Assembly: GCF_016432865.1 (NCBI RefSeq)
Contig: NC_067404.1
Coordinates: 85,808,001 to 85,872,000 of the forward strand
Length of the DNA stretch: 64,000 bases
Direction: 5' to 3'
Source: Antechinus flavipes
Lineage: Eukaryota
Shown here piece by piece: positions 1 to 11,469 of this stretch. The stretch's first letter is position 1. Each line of letters opens with the position of its first letter. The notes under the pieces were generated by a model. It saw only the letters and a list, made by a program, of their open reading frames with translations. It was not told where the DNA came from and made no database searches. The translations under genes were made by a program, and so were the position numbers.

Positions 1-230
1 GCCATGGAGCCCGGGCCAAGCTACAGACCCGGGCGGGCATAGGCTGTGCTCCTGAGGAGGTGCAGCCCACCGCCAACTGCCTCGGGGGCACCTTCCCCAT
101 CGGGGGAGGGTCTCTGTCTCCTGTTGAATGAGGGTCACGGCCCAGTGGGTGCCAGAATCCTAAGGGCCTGGGCTGCCAGGAGGATCACAAGGGCCCTGCC
201 ACTCACTCCATTGCCCCCTTATGTCCTCTG
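1..230 (-). other. Candidate exon (probably 5'UTR) of the unidentified minus-strand gene; continues off the window
   Basis: On the minus strand a pyrimidine tract and NAGNAG acceptor ctgcctgctgtcccttag|CAG|AG lie at 232-228. No recognisable protein; short ATG-initiated ORFs only. Confidence 0.25.
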
Positions 231-719
231 CTAAGGGACAGCAGGCAGAGATTCAGCTCCCAGGGTGCCCTATTTCAGCTCCTATCCAAGGGGGGCAGAG
301 TGGATGGGACAGGGTCAGCTGCATCTGGGACGGAGGGATGTGGTCAACCGCAGGCCTGATTTGGGAACGAGAGGGATGACCTGTTCTGGGGAGAAAGAGA
401 GAAGGGGGGTGGGGGAAAAGGGACAGAGCTGAGAATGACCTGAGGAAGGGCCCGGGGAGACAAAGATGGCAGAGAAAAAGGCAAGCGGTCTTAAGGCAGG
501 AGGGAGCCATGGTAGTTTCTTGAGCAGAAGGGTTGAGTTTCAGCACAGAAGCTGCCGAGGTCCTCCCTTGACCACTGAGGGAGTGTTGAGTCATGCCCCA
601 ATTCCGGAGCTGATGTTTTAGTACAAGAGCCTATGGCCTGGTGAGGCTGGGCCCCCATACACTGTGGGAGCTCCAAGAGGACACCAGATTCTTCTGATAC
701 CCTGAGGAGGTCAAGCTGG

Positions 720-721
<2 letters not shown>

Positions 722-772
<51 letters not shown>
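722..772. repeat. (GT)n microsatellite
   Basis: Uninterrupted GT dinucleotide run seen directly. Confidence 0.98.
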
Positions 773-773
<1 letters not shown>

Positions 774-1426
774 TATCTTCCCCCATCCCATGCCCTGCCC
801 CTAAGAGCTGGTAAGATGATGGAACAAAATCCAAGGCTTTAAGAAAGCTGGGGCTGCTCAGAAGTGCCAGCTTTGGGCTCTTGGGCCTCGGTTTCCGATC
901 CTGCTGACAAAACTTTCAGATGTGGAATCAACTATCCACCAGTTAGCATTTATTAAGCGCCAGCTGTATGCGATGCATTGTACTAAGGGCTTCCGGAGGC
1001 CCTTCACTACTACTCAGGATGCCGAGTGCATGTGAGGGTGACTGTGCCATCCTCATGGGGGAAAGTGGAGAGATTGAACCCCACGGTTCCTATCTCTGGC
1101 CCTTCCCGGACAGCCAGGTAAACAGGGGCTGTCTTTACTCCCATTTTACAAACGAGGCCACGTACAGTCTGGTCAATGGGAACGCATAAAAATAACCTCC
1201 CCTCAAACAGAAGCACTCCCCTATCCCCAAAGGCACCCTGGAGCACCGGGACAGGCCGTTGGACTGGGAGGGTGCAGGGGCAGCCACCCACACTCAGGCC
1301 TCGACCTCCCCCGACTTCGCCCCTTGAGAAGTCCCTGAGAGCCAGCGGCCGAGATAAGAGCTGGAGCCACGAGCTGGTTTAGGAGCCGCCGTGCTGGGCG
1401 CTGGACTGGTTTTTTACCGGGTCACT

Positions 1427-1705
1427 TCATTTGATAGCCCAGGGGAAGAAGCGGGCGCGCCACAGAAAGGCGTTCTCGGCCGGGTGGCCGAAGACCACTG
1501 ACCTAACTCTGAGGTGGGCTGGGGGGAATGGGGGCCTAGGAAGGCGTGCCGCCCATGGCCGCTGGTGAAGGGAAGAGGCCGGCCCCCGTAGCATCAGGGC
1601 AAGCAAATTCGAATCTAATGCCCCCGGACTCAGTAAAGCCCTCCTGTGACCCCTAGGGTGGAAAAACATGCACGCGCCAGTAGTGGAGGTGGTCTGGGTC
1701 ACCAA
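1427..1705 (-). other. Candidate exon of the minus-strand gene (3' boundary uncertain)
   Basis: Minus-strand acceptor tctctgccccacctccttccctctctggtggccag|TTGG (AG at 1707-1706) followed by CpG-containing non-repetitive sequence. The translations (GDPDHLHYWRVHVFPP*, or LVTQTTST...WAIK*) are not recognised. Confidence 0.35.
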
Positions 1706-2748
1706 CTGGCCACCAGAGAGGGAAGGAGGTGGGGCAGAGAGAGAAAGAGAAAGGGAGGAGGAAGAGAGAAGACAGTGGACTGCAGCAGGAGCATTTGTGG
1801 GGGCTCACTCTGTGCCCCCACTGTGCTAAAGGACACACAGGTGTTCAAAACCCAGGCCACAGTGGGGAGGGTTGGGGGGAGTGGCCCAGGGCTCGGCTTC
1901 TCTCTGAAGATCAGGGCTGTGGTCTCATGACTCCCCGAAGTCTGGAGTGAGTCGCCCTTAGTGCCTATTGCCAAACTGGGGGAGCTTGAGCTGGTGCCTA
2001 AGGGAGGTTTGGGCAGGGAGGGGGGTGCCACAGGACCCCACCCCTAAGGGATCACAGCCTGTCCTCCACTTGGGCCTTCTCTTTTCCATCTTGGTCAAAA
2101 AATTCAGCGAGCCTCAATTTCCTGGGCCTGCCGATGCCCTCTGCTTGTCTTTGCCCCGGCCCACACCAGCTGGGAAGCCAGGACTGGAAGCCGGTGGGCC
2201 CTGCTGCCTTCTATGGCCTCTCAAGCCAGGATGGCCTCCTCTGCTCAAGAAGGCCCAGTCCCTGGGGGTTCTGGTCCAGCTGGCCTCTCCCTAGGCCTGT
2301 GATGGGCCCTGGAGGGGAACGACAGTGGGATTTGGCGCCTTTTCCTCATTTGCCCTCACGAAGGCTGACTCTGGGCCTGGGGGCTCCTTTCTTTCTTCAG
2401 AACCGGGCCTCAAACCCAAACCAGTGTGATTGGAACGGGCCGCCCACAGGTCCTTGGCCAAGGTCACTGGGTGCTGACTGACTCGGGCAAACCTTCCCCT
2501 CCCGTGGCATTCCTTCATTTACTTATTTCTTTAGATCTCTGGGACTTAGCTAGAGAGCAGATCCCTTGCCTCAGGGGCACCGAATGGGGCAGGCAAACTC
2601 AGCCCTGTTGAAGCATCTGGGGCTATCTTGATGTCTCTAGCCATTGGCCCCAGATGGCTCTGAGGGGGAAATGAGGCAGGACACCCCGCCCTCCCTCGTT
2701 TGCGTGTCACCGCCCTGAGGTCCTGGACAGAACAAACCCAAGCACCCA

Positions 2749-3125
2749 CTACATCCTCGCTCGGTGACCGAGCTTTGGAGACCCCAGATCCAGTGGGGAG
2801 CGAAGCCTTTCGGCCCCATGCGACAAGGGGGGAACCGGAGTGACCTTCCCCAGCGGGGCCGGTGGCTCCCTAGACCCAAAGGCACACGCGTGTCCAGCCC
2901 CGTCCCCGCCCTGATGTGGTGAATGGCACCTCCGGGAGCTTCCGCCATTCTCCTGGGGCGAGCGTGCGGGGCCGGAGGCTGCGTTAGGTGAGCTTGGAGC
3001 TTCATCCCCGGCAGGAGGGTCTGCCCGCCCGAACCCCGGTCCCGAGTGACAGGTGTTTCCTTCCCCCGCCAGGGCCCCTCGGCCCCACCAGGCAAACATC
3101 TGGCCAACTTCAGCTCCACATCTGT
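2749..3125 (-). other. Candidate exon of the minus-strand gene
   Basis: Minus-strand acceptor ctttccctaatgctttAG|ACAG|ATG (alternative AGs at 3127-3126 and 3123-3122). CpG-rich, with two stop-free frames over the segment; protein not recognised. Confidence 0.35.
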
Positions 3126-4773
3126 CTAAAGCATTAGGGAAAGTGGGGCTGGTGACTCAGACCTTGGGAACTTAAAGGTACAGGGTCCCTTTTCCTGGAG
3201 GCTCTGCAAGGAGCCTCAGCCAGCCTTGGCAGCCCGCCAGCTCTCTCCCCGCTCTCCCCTCTCCCCAACGTTCCACGGGGAGACTGGGCCTGCACACCTC
3301 TACTTTCTGTAATTGGAGGCCCAGACCCAGACAGAGACCGGCTCCCCAGGAGGGAAATCTGAGAGTCTGATTTACTTTCCAGATAGGGGCTTCTGCAGAC
3401 CCAAGAGCTCAGGCAGAGGACCGGCCCTCCCGGCCCTTCCCGGAGCGGGCACGCTCATCTCCTCTCACGCCCAGCTTGGACGGCCCCCGGCATCTGACTC
3501 TTCGCCGTCGCCTCTGATCCCGCACCCGCCGGGCTCCCCGACACCCGAGCTCCCTCGCGCCGCCGAGCCCTCGCCGGACGGCGGCTCTGATCGGACGACC
3601 CTTTGAGACCCAAATCCAGCCTTTCCTCGCTCACACAGGGCCTGAAAGCCCGCCACAATCTGGCCCTCTCTCCAGCCTTTTCCAACATTACTCAGCCTTC
3701 CGGCCAAACTGGCTCCTTCGCAGTTCCTCGAACCTGACACTCCACCTCCTGTCTCTTGGCCCTTGCCAGGCTGTTCCCCAACCCCCACCTCCCACCCCCA
3801 GCAGCCGAAATGCTCTCCCTCCTCGAGGCCTCACCTTCCCAGCTTACTCCCTGTCCCTCCCAGTACGCAGTAGGCACTTAAGAACTGTTCCAAGTGAACG
3901 GAACCCTAGACCTCACCTAGCCCAACTCCCTTGTGTTCCGGAGGGGCACCGTTAACGTTGTCTCATCGCTTCCTGAATTCTCGAACCCAACAAACCAACG
4001 AGTGCGCAGGGGTGGGATTCGGAAGTTTGTGGTGGCCTGAGGTGGCAAGGCTGGTGCTGCCCATTGGGTGTCCCAGCCTTTGTGCCAGGGCCGTTCTTGA
4101 GGACTGGCCTTGCCTCTTGCCGTCTCCCCCAAGATGTGGAGCCGAGAGCTCAGCGACCATGTGATCACTGGGAGATGGGAAGGTGAGGAGGCTGAGTGTA
4201 GCCCCAGCTCTGTCTCAGGCTGGCTTTGTGGTCTTGAGTCAGCCTTGGTTTCCCCCTCACAATCATAAGGGTGCCCCGAGTCTCTTCGCAGTCGCTCCGC
4301 CACCTTTCCAGGCCAACATCCTTCTCTTCAGGTACATGATCCAAGCCTCTTCCTTGGCCTCCTGCCTCCCCACTGCCACCAAAGTGATTCTCCCCTGCTC
4401 AATAAGTTCCTCTGGCTCCCTAGTACCTCTAGAATCCCAGACAGATGGCTCTAGTAGGCCCCACTAGGCCCCAGCTGCCCTTTGGGCAGCGGAGTCAAAC
4501 TGTCCCCGGACACGAAGCCGGACTCCGGCCCACCTCAGGGGCCTTGGCCCCCTCGGATGGAGAACCTCCCGCCTTCCTTCTGGCCTCTCACCATCCCAAG
4601 TCTCTCTCAATAACCACCTTCTCTAGGAAACAAAGCCCTTTCTCCCTCCCCCCCCCCAATCCTGCCTCTACCAAGGAGCCAGCCTTATCCCCAGAGCTGA
4701 CAGATTGGGGAACCGAGGCACACAGAGGGGAAATCAGTTCTGGACCCCTAACTACAAGGCAGACCTCTGGAGT

Positions 4774-5021
4774 GACCTTTTCCATTCACAGGCTGCCGAC
4801 AAAAAGAGCTTCATTGTTGGGGGGAGGGGACAACTATTTACACATACCCCCCCTCCCTCCCCACCCGAGGAGAAGGAGGGTTCCTCCTGGGGAATGGTGG
4901 AGGTTGTCGCCATTAAAAGTTAGAATAAGATAGAGTGAGTCTCAGGGCTTCCTCAGTTTCCCTCATCTGTCATCTGGTCCCACTTCATCTGACTCAAGGG
5001 AAACTGGAGCAGCCCAAAGTG
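4774..5021. repeat. Copy 1 of a diverged local duplication
   Basis: Shares gaccttttccattca, gagcttcat, agaataagatagagt, ctcagggcttcctcagtttccctcatctg, gtcccacttcatctgactcaaggga and gcagcccaaagtg, in the same order, with 5687-5917. Confidence 0.9.
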
Positions 5022-5686
5022 AGGAACTAAGGTTCTTCCCTGTGCACCAGAACTGGGAAAATTGTCTCCCCTGCCAAGTCACCTCTTCCTCCACACAGAG
5101 GCTTCAAGAGGGGGAGACCTGCAGAGTCTGGCCAAAGGAGGCGCCAGCCCCGCTCTAGGACGGCGGCCAGATCCGGGCTCTCTTCCCCAGCAGCCGGCGC
5201 CCGCTCAGTGCGGCTGTTGTCCTCATTAGGGGACGTTAGCGCTGGCTGGCCCTCATCCCCGCTCTGGCTCGGAGGACTGGCTGGCCACTCGCATGGATCT
5301 CAGCCTCAGTCACCTTCTCTGGAAAATGGGGAGAAATAGACACGCACGGGATGTGCCGTAGCACCCTGCAGGCTTCGGAGGGATCATTGTGGATCCTGAG
5401 CAGGCAGGGCCCGTCTCTGTGCCTCAGTTTCTCCTCTTCTACAAAAGGAGAGCCCTATCTAAGGGCCCTTCAAGCTCCCCACCTACCTCTGTTCTCCAAG
5501 GGGCCAGGTTGGAGCCCGAGCTTGCCCTTCGAGGCCCCTCCCCAGCAGGCCCGGGCCCTCTAGCCAGCTCCCCACTGCCGCCAAAGGGATTCTTCCCCAC
5601 TCGGTGATTTCTACACCTCCCCACAGACTCTCTAGGCGGTACCCCCGGGATGCCCGGCTATCTGCCCCACCCCCAAGGCCTCGAGC

Positions 5687-5917
5687 GACCTTTTCCATTC
5701 ATGGGGGTGGCCAACAAGAAGAGCTTCATCCTTGGGGGGAGCGAGTGTTTCGATCCAGAACCCCCCAAGGGGAAGGAGGATTCTCCCTAGGGAGGGGAGG
5801 AGGGCGAAGGGTTTCTCTGTTGAAAGAATAAGATAGAGTAACTCTCAGGGCTTCCTCAGTTTCCCTCATCTGGTCCCACTTCATCTGACTCAAGGGACAC
5901 TGAAGCAGCCCAAAGTG
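5687..5917. repeat. Copy 2 of a diverged local duplication
   Basis: Collinear matching blocks with 4774-5021. Confidence 0.9.
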
Positions 5918-6267
5918 GGGAAGGCCCTTAGGGGTCAAGGACTCTCCCAAGTGGGCAGGGTGAGGATCACTGGCCTAGAACTGGTGAGGGGCCCTGGAAG
6001 TCCCCTGAGTGCCGCCCTCCGCTTCGGAGATAAGGGTTATGGTCAGGGGGCTGATGGGGCCCAAGGGGCTGAGGCGGCTCCCCAGCCCTGCCTGCGCTCG
6101 ATGCCGCTTCAAGGCTCGGCTTCACGCTGCCCCTGCTGCAAGAACCCCTGGACCCCGGGCCAAGCTGGCGCATCCCACCCCGCTTGCCACACCTCTCTGG
6201 TCCAGGCCGGGCTGGTGCCCCTGGGCAGCCAGGCCTTTGAGGCTACCTCAAGGAAAGTCCTCCTCAC

Positions 6268-6600
6268 CAGCTCTCTCACCAGGCCTAGGGCCCGGGCAGG
6301 GCCAGTGCCGGGGGGAGCTCCGGCTTCCAGGCACCTCCTCAGCTTCCGGCCCACCAGACGAGAAGCAGAGATGGGGGTGCCGGGCTGGGTTGTGATGGGG
6401 GCCCCCGGGATCACGGGGTCTCTGAGCCAGGAAAGGCAGAATGTCTGGCTGTACAGTTCGAAGCCCTTCACAGAGGGGGCCCGAGGACCTTGGTACGCCA
6501 GGGCCGGGAGGGGGCCGCGCTCTGGGCTGAGCTCCCCGGCTCTCCCCGTTCAGAAGGCTCGCGGCCTCAGCTGGTTTCTCCATCATTCCCCCCTTCCCCC
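6268..6600 (-). other. Candidate alternative first/internal exon with two tandem splice donors
   Basis: Minus-strand donors CTG|GTGAGA (6280/6279) and CTG|GTGAGG (6268/6267), 12 nt apart. An open frame MMEKPAEAASLLNG...PGPRP leads into the first donor. Confidence 0.3.
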
Positions 6601-6999
6601 ATGCCAGCACCAAGCCAGGCCAGGGTTCTTAACCGGCCCCCCTCCCTCGGCACGGTCCTTTTGAGACTTAAGGGCGCCGCACGTGGCGCGGCCCGGCCCC
6701 CAGTCTGGGAGACGCATCGTCAGCGGGGCCCCCAGCTGAACGACCGTCCGGCTGTGGCTGAGCAGGGGCAAAGGCCGTGGGGAGCGTGCCCCTCCCTGTT
6801 GCTGCTGGACCCTGGCTCCGTATCAGGAGCAGCTTAAAGGAGTTGCTTTTTGGGCTGCTGAGCTCATTGAACGTGTGGTCCACTCAAATCTCCAGCTCTT
6901 TTTCAGGAAAAGTGCAGCCGGGTTTGGGTGCCCCCCTGCTCTGGCTCTCCCTGGGTCCTGAAAGTTTTCTTTCCCCGGGATCCAAACCCCAATGACTGG

Positions 7000-8450
7000 C
7001 AGAGACCAAACCCTATGGCAACAGGCGTCCCCCAGGGGCCTCAGTTTCTTCCCCTGGAAAATGAAGGAGTTGGGGTTAGGTCCCCGAGGGCCTCAAAGTA
7101 TCTAGGGATAACCTGGGGGAGAGGGAGAGAGAGACAGAGAAGAGCGCAGAGTGGGCCCCCCCACCCCCACCCCCACCCTGCCCGCTCACCCACCTGTCCT
7201 ACTGTGTGCCCGTCTGCCCCGACCCCCGCCCCTCCACGTACCGCTCCCCGGAGCGGTTCCATTCTCGACTGTCCGGCCACCTGCTCGGCTGCCCCTTCAG
7301 GGCCCCCCCAGCCCGGCCCCGGCGCTCCCCCCGTGCCCAGCTCACTCACCAGGCCTGGGTTGGGCCCCCTCGATGTGGCAGGAGAATCGGCCGGGCCTTG
7401 GGGGCCGCGGGGGCCCTGGGCTCCCTGGGGGGGCGGCCCCTCCACTGCCCTGCATCCCGCTGCNNNNNNNNNNNNNNNNNNNNNNNNNNNNNNNNNNNNN
7501 NNNNNNNNNNNNNNNNNNNNNNNNNNNNNNNNNNNNNNNNNNNNNNNNNNNNNNNNNNNNNNNNNNNNNNNNNNNNNNNNNNNNNNNNNNNNNNNTCCCG
7601 CCGCAGCTCCCGGCTCCCAAACCCCGGCGTCCCCAGTGCCCGGCCGCCCGCTAGGGCCGGCCTGCAGCCCCCGTGCACGGGGGGCGGGGGCTGCGGGGGA
7701 CAGCGGCTGGGGTGTGGGGAGCCGCCGAGCCGGGCATGGCGGGGCCGGGCCTGGGGGAGGGGGCCGGGGCCGGGGCGCGACGTAGATCCGGGCGCGGCGG
7801 CTCCGGGGGGCGGCGCCCCCTCCCCGGTATCCGGGGAGGAAGCTGCCGGCGGCTGGCCCCGCAAGGGGCAGGGCCGCGGAGGCGGGCTCTTCGGGGGAAG
7901 GGGGCGCCTGCGCAGGGGCCCCGGGATTCCCCCAAACCCCAAGAGGCTCCCTCCCGGCCGAATCCGCAGAGGACGCGGTCCCTCCCTCCCCACCTCCGCC
8001 GATCGGCCCCTCCCCTTGCTTCCCGAGCCCCCCCCAATCGGTCCCTCCCCTTGTCTTCACCGCCCCCTCCCCATCGACCCCTCCTCTTGTTTCCAGGGCC
8101 CCCAGTCCGCCCCGCCCCCTACCTCCAAGCCCCCCCGCCGTCCCTCCCCCTGCCTCCAAGCCCCTCCCACAGTCCCTCCCCCCATTGGTGCCGCCCCCTG
8201 CCTCCAGCGGGGCGGGGGAAAAGGGGCTCCCAAGGACTCTGCTTCCACAGGTTCTCCAGTCCCGGACCCCCGCCCAGCCCAGCCCCCGCTCTGGTTCACA
8301 CTTGTCTGCACACTCTGTGTCCCTGATCCTTGGTCACACAAAAGGCCGCTGGAAGGCTCTGGCCCCCGTCCCGGGTGTGTATCCGGGGGTGGGGGGCCAA
8401 AGAGCCGGCCTCCGTGGGGGTGGGAGAGGGCAAGTGTTCCTTTGTGTGTG
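7000..8450 (-). promoter_or_regulatory. CpG island / promoter and first exon of an unidentified minus-strand gene
   Basis: Very high GC and CpG density, GC boxes (ccgccccgcccc ~8107), G-runs, and a strong minus-strand donor CTG|GTGAGT at 7350/7349. An N gap hides 7464-7595. Confidence 0.75.
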
Positions 8451-8562
8451 TGTGTGCGCGCGCGCGCGCGCCTGTGTGTACGCGTGTGCCTGTGTGTGTG
8501 CGTGTGCCTGTGTGCGTGTGCGTGTGTGTGTGTCTGTGTGTGTGCGCCCGCATGCGTGTGCA
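8443..8562. repeat. Alternating purine-pyrimidine (GT/GC) tract, potential Z-DNA
   Basis: (tg)n running into (cg)n, then mixed tg/cg/ca alternation for ~120 bp at the edge of the CpG island. Confidence 0.85.
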
Positions 8563-10729
8563 TCTTCGTCTGACTTGAGGCTGTGGGCATGCGGTGTGGG
8601 GCTGTTCCTTTCCTCCCAGTATCCCCGGATGTTCCCCGGGACTCCCCAACCGGGCTCCCTAAGACTTGGGTGGGTCCTCGCGATCCCGGGCAGACCAGCA
8701 CTGCCCCCCATGTGCGGAGACCGGCTCCAGTAACTGAGTCAGGGCCCAGCGGGGTCAGAGAAATGAAGGCCGGAGCCGGAGGGGCCAGCTAGGGCAGGAG
8801 CAGGATGGCCTCCCCGCACCCAGAGGCCGGCCCCCCGGGCACCCCACCTGCTAGGGCCGCTCTCAGCGTTGCCCTCTGGCCTCTCGCAGGATCCAAGGCC
8901 CGTGTTGGGAGGAGCGGAGCAACAGGAGGTCTGCGACAGGCAACGCATTTAGTAAGTACCTACTGTGCGCCAGACCCTGGGTTGAGTGCTTTAAAGTCCT
9001 TGGGAACCGGGGTTCCCCATTTTACAGGGGAGGAGACCCAGGCAAACAACAGTGAAGCCATCAGGGACTCCCCCCTCTCAGAAGCCCCAGGAGTAATGGG
9101 AAGTCAAGTGTTTCCTGCCTCCAGGCCCAGCACTTTCTCCACTAGCACAGCCTCTGGCTGCAGACCCAGTCAGGAAACGGTGACTCCCAGGGCCCCAGTG
9201 CCCCCCCACGGCATCACTTTCTGAGAGTTGTCAGGAGCCGGGGCCATCTGGGAAGGAGCCAGTAGGAGTCAGGGCCTAGAAATGGGGTGTCCCACCCAAG
9301 TGTTCCCCAAGCACAAGTGATCCCGCTGGCCGAGTCCTGACCCCAGGCCGGAGACCACTGACAGCAAAGTGCCTGAGTACTTGGAAGGACCCTTGCCCAG
9401 AGGCCCCTGGAGCCCAGGGTGGGAAGGGGCGAGAAGCAGGGCCAGCTGAGGCGATTTCCAGCCCTGTGCTCTCCAGGGCCCCTGGGCCTCGGTGGCCCAC
9501 CTCAGCTTCGTGGGGCATGCTCAGAACCCGGTGGGTGCCTGGCACCTAGGCTCCTAATCAGGCAAACAGCAGCTCAACCAGGCTGTCATCTGGTGGCCAT
9601 TTCAGGGATTGCAAATACGAGCCAATTCAAACTGGACCATTACCTCAGTGTCCCCTGGCCACAGCTGGGAGCCCTGGCCGGTTAAGGAAGGCACCGCTCA
9701 AGCCATGACAAAAGGTCCCATGGGCAAAGCGCTTCAGGTTTGCACAGAAACTTAAACTTCACCTATATAGTGTGGGGCCTGCCCAGACCCTGAGCTTGCC
9801 TTCCTGGGGGGGGGGGGGTCCTCTTAATAAAATCTTTGGGCCTCAAACCCAGCGTTTCCTGTTGTGACATCAGAGTTTGGCAAATGTCTCGCACTCTAAA
9901 ACCGTGGCAGTGTGGTCTGTGCCCTTCCCTCCTGTGAAGGACAGGCTAAGAGAACCCTGGTGGGAAGTCCAACTTCATGGGAGCAGAGATGGGCACACTC
10001 AAGGCCAGGCCAGCCTTCCTGGCGGCCACGTGCCAACTGGGCCAATGCTGAGCGACAAGGTCTCCAACAAAAGGAGGGGATGACAGAGGACACAGTTTGA
10101 TGGGCATTCTTGAAGTTTCCTACATCCCTTTCTTAAGTCTAGATAATCGAACAGTAAATCAAGCCTTGNNNNNNNNNNNNNNNNNNNNNNNNNNNNNNNN
10201 NNNNNNNNNNNNNNNNNNNNNNNNNNNNNNNNNNNNNNNNNNNNNNNNNNNNNNNNNNNNNNNNNNNNNNNNNNNNNNNNNNNNNNNNNNNNNNNNNNNN
10301 NNNNNNNNNNNNNNNNNNNNNNNNNNNNNNNNNNNNNNNNNNNNNNNNNNNNNNNNNNNNNNNNNNNNNNNNNNNNNNNNNNNNNNNNNNNNNNNNNNNN
10401 NNNNNNNNNNNNNNNNNNNNNNNNNNNNNNNNNNNNNNNNNNNNNNNNNNNNNNNNNNNNNNNNNNNNNNNNNNNNNNNNNNNNNNNNNNNNNNNNNNNN
10501 NNNNNNNNNNNNNNNNNNNNNNNNNNNNNNNNNNNNNNNNNNNNNNNNNNNNNNNNNNNNNNNNNNNNNNNNNNNNNNNNNNNNNNNNNNNNNNNNNNNN
10601 NNNNNNNNNNNNNNNNNNNNNNNNNTAGTACTTCATCACAATCATATACCACAGCTTGTTTAACCATTCCCCAATTGATGGGCTTCTCCTCAATTTCCAA
10701 TTCTTTCTCACCTCAAAAATAGCTACTAC

Positions 10730-10770
<41 letters not shown>

Positions 10771-11469
10771 AGTGTAAACCATTTACACCAAACAGAAAGT
10801 GACTATTCTTTTTTAAAAATTCTACACAGACATAAAGAGCCCTTGCCATCTTTGAGAGAAAACCAGAGCAGCTCCATTTCACAAATGATGGCATAATTAA
10901 AGCTAAATAATACAAAAATAATTCGAAAAAACATTCCTGTGTACCTTACATTCTCACATAAATCAAGAAGGATAAATGATGCTCTTTTCAAATGGCTGGG
11001 AAAATGTGTGTCTCCCGGGTTGGGCTTTGGGAGTTCAGTTCCGTGTAACCCCATAAGTGTCCATGTATGTGTCTTGTCAGATGTGCATACTCGAGGGAGA
11101 ATAGAGGCTGCTGACCTGTTTATTTAGTTCTAACTTTTAAGCTACTTGACTGATACGCGCTCGAAACAATGGCAACACGGTTGCTTATTTGAAATACTAA
11201 GAACTTGTATTCATTTGTTTGGCTTGTAAAGGGCTGAAATATTACCGAGAATATAATCTAACTTTGCCTTTAAAGAATATGACCCTCGAGAACTCATTCT
11301 GAGTTCCAGAGTGAGTGACTTTTTGTTTGCCTTCTGGGTCAACGGGCAGATTTTTTTAGATGAATTGCAAAATTTGAGGAGTTAAATTTTCAGGGGCCCT
11401 GGATTTTCAACTGTCAGGGTCAAACGTGTTTCCTTGTATTGGCTCCCCTTGAGCAGAAGATAACTACCG

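Noticed and set aside
1-7. gccATGG perfect Kozak at the window start
   Set aside because: The plus-strand ORF ends after 12 codons; the minus-strand ATG runs off the window and cannot be evaluated.
6928-8733. Long ORFs (285, 372, 455 aa, etc.) in the left CpG island
   Set aside because: Stop-poor GC-rich DNA open in many frames on both strands, read through an N gap or a dinucleotide repeat, with low-complexity products.
9999-10915. ORFs of 188-258 aa
   Set aside because: Artefacts of translating through the 10169-10625 N gap.
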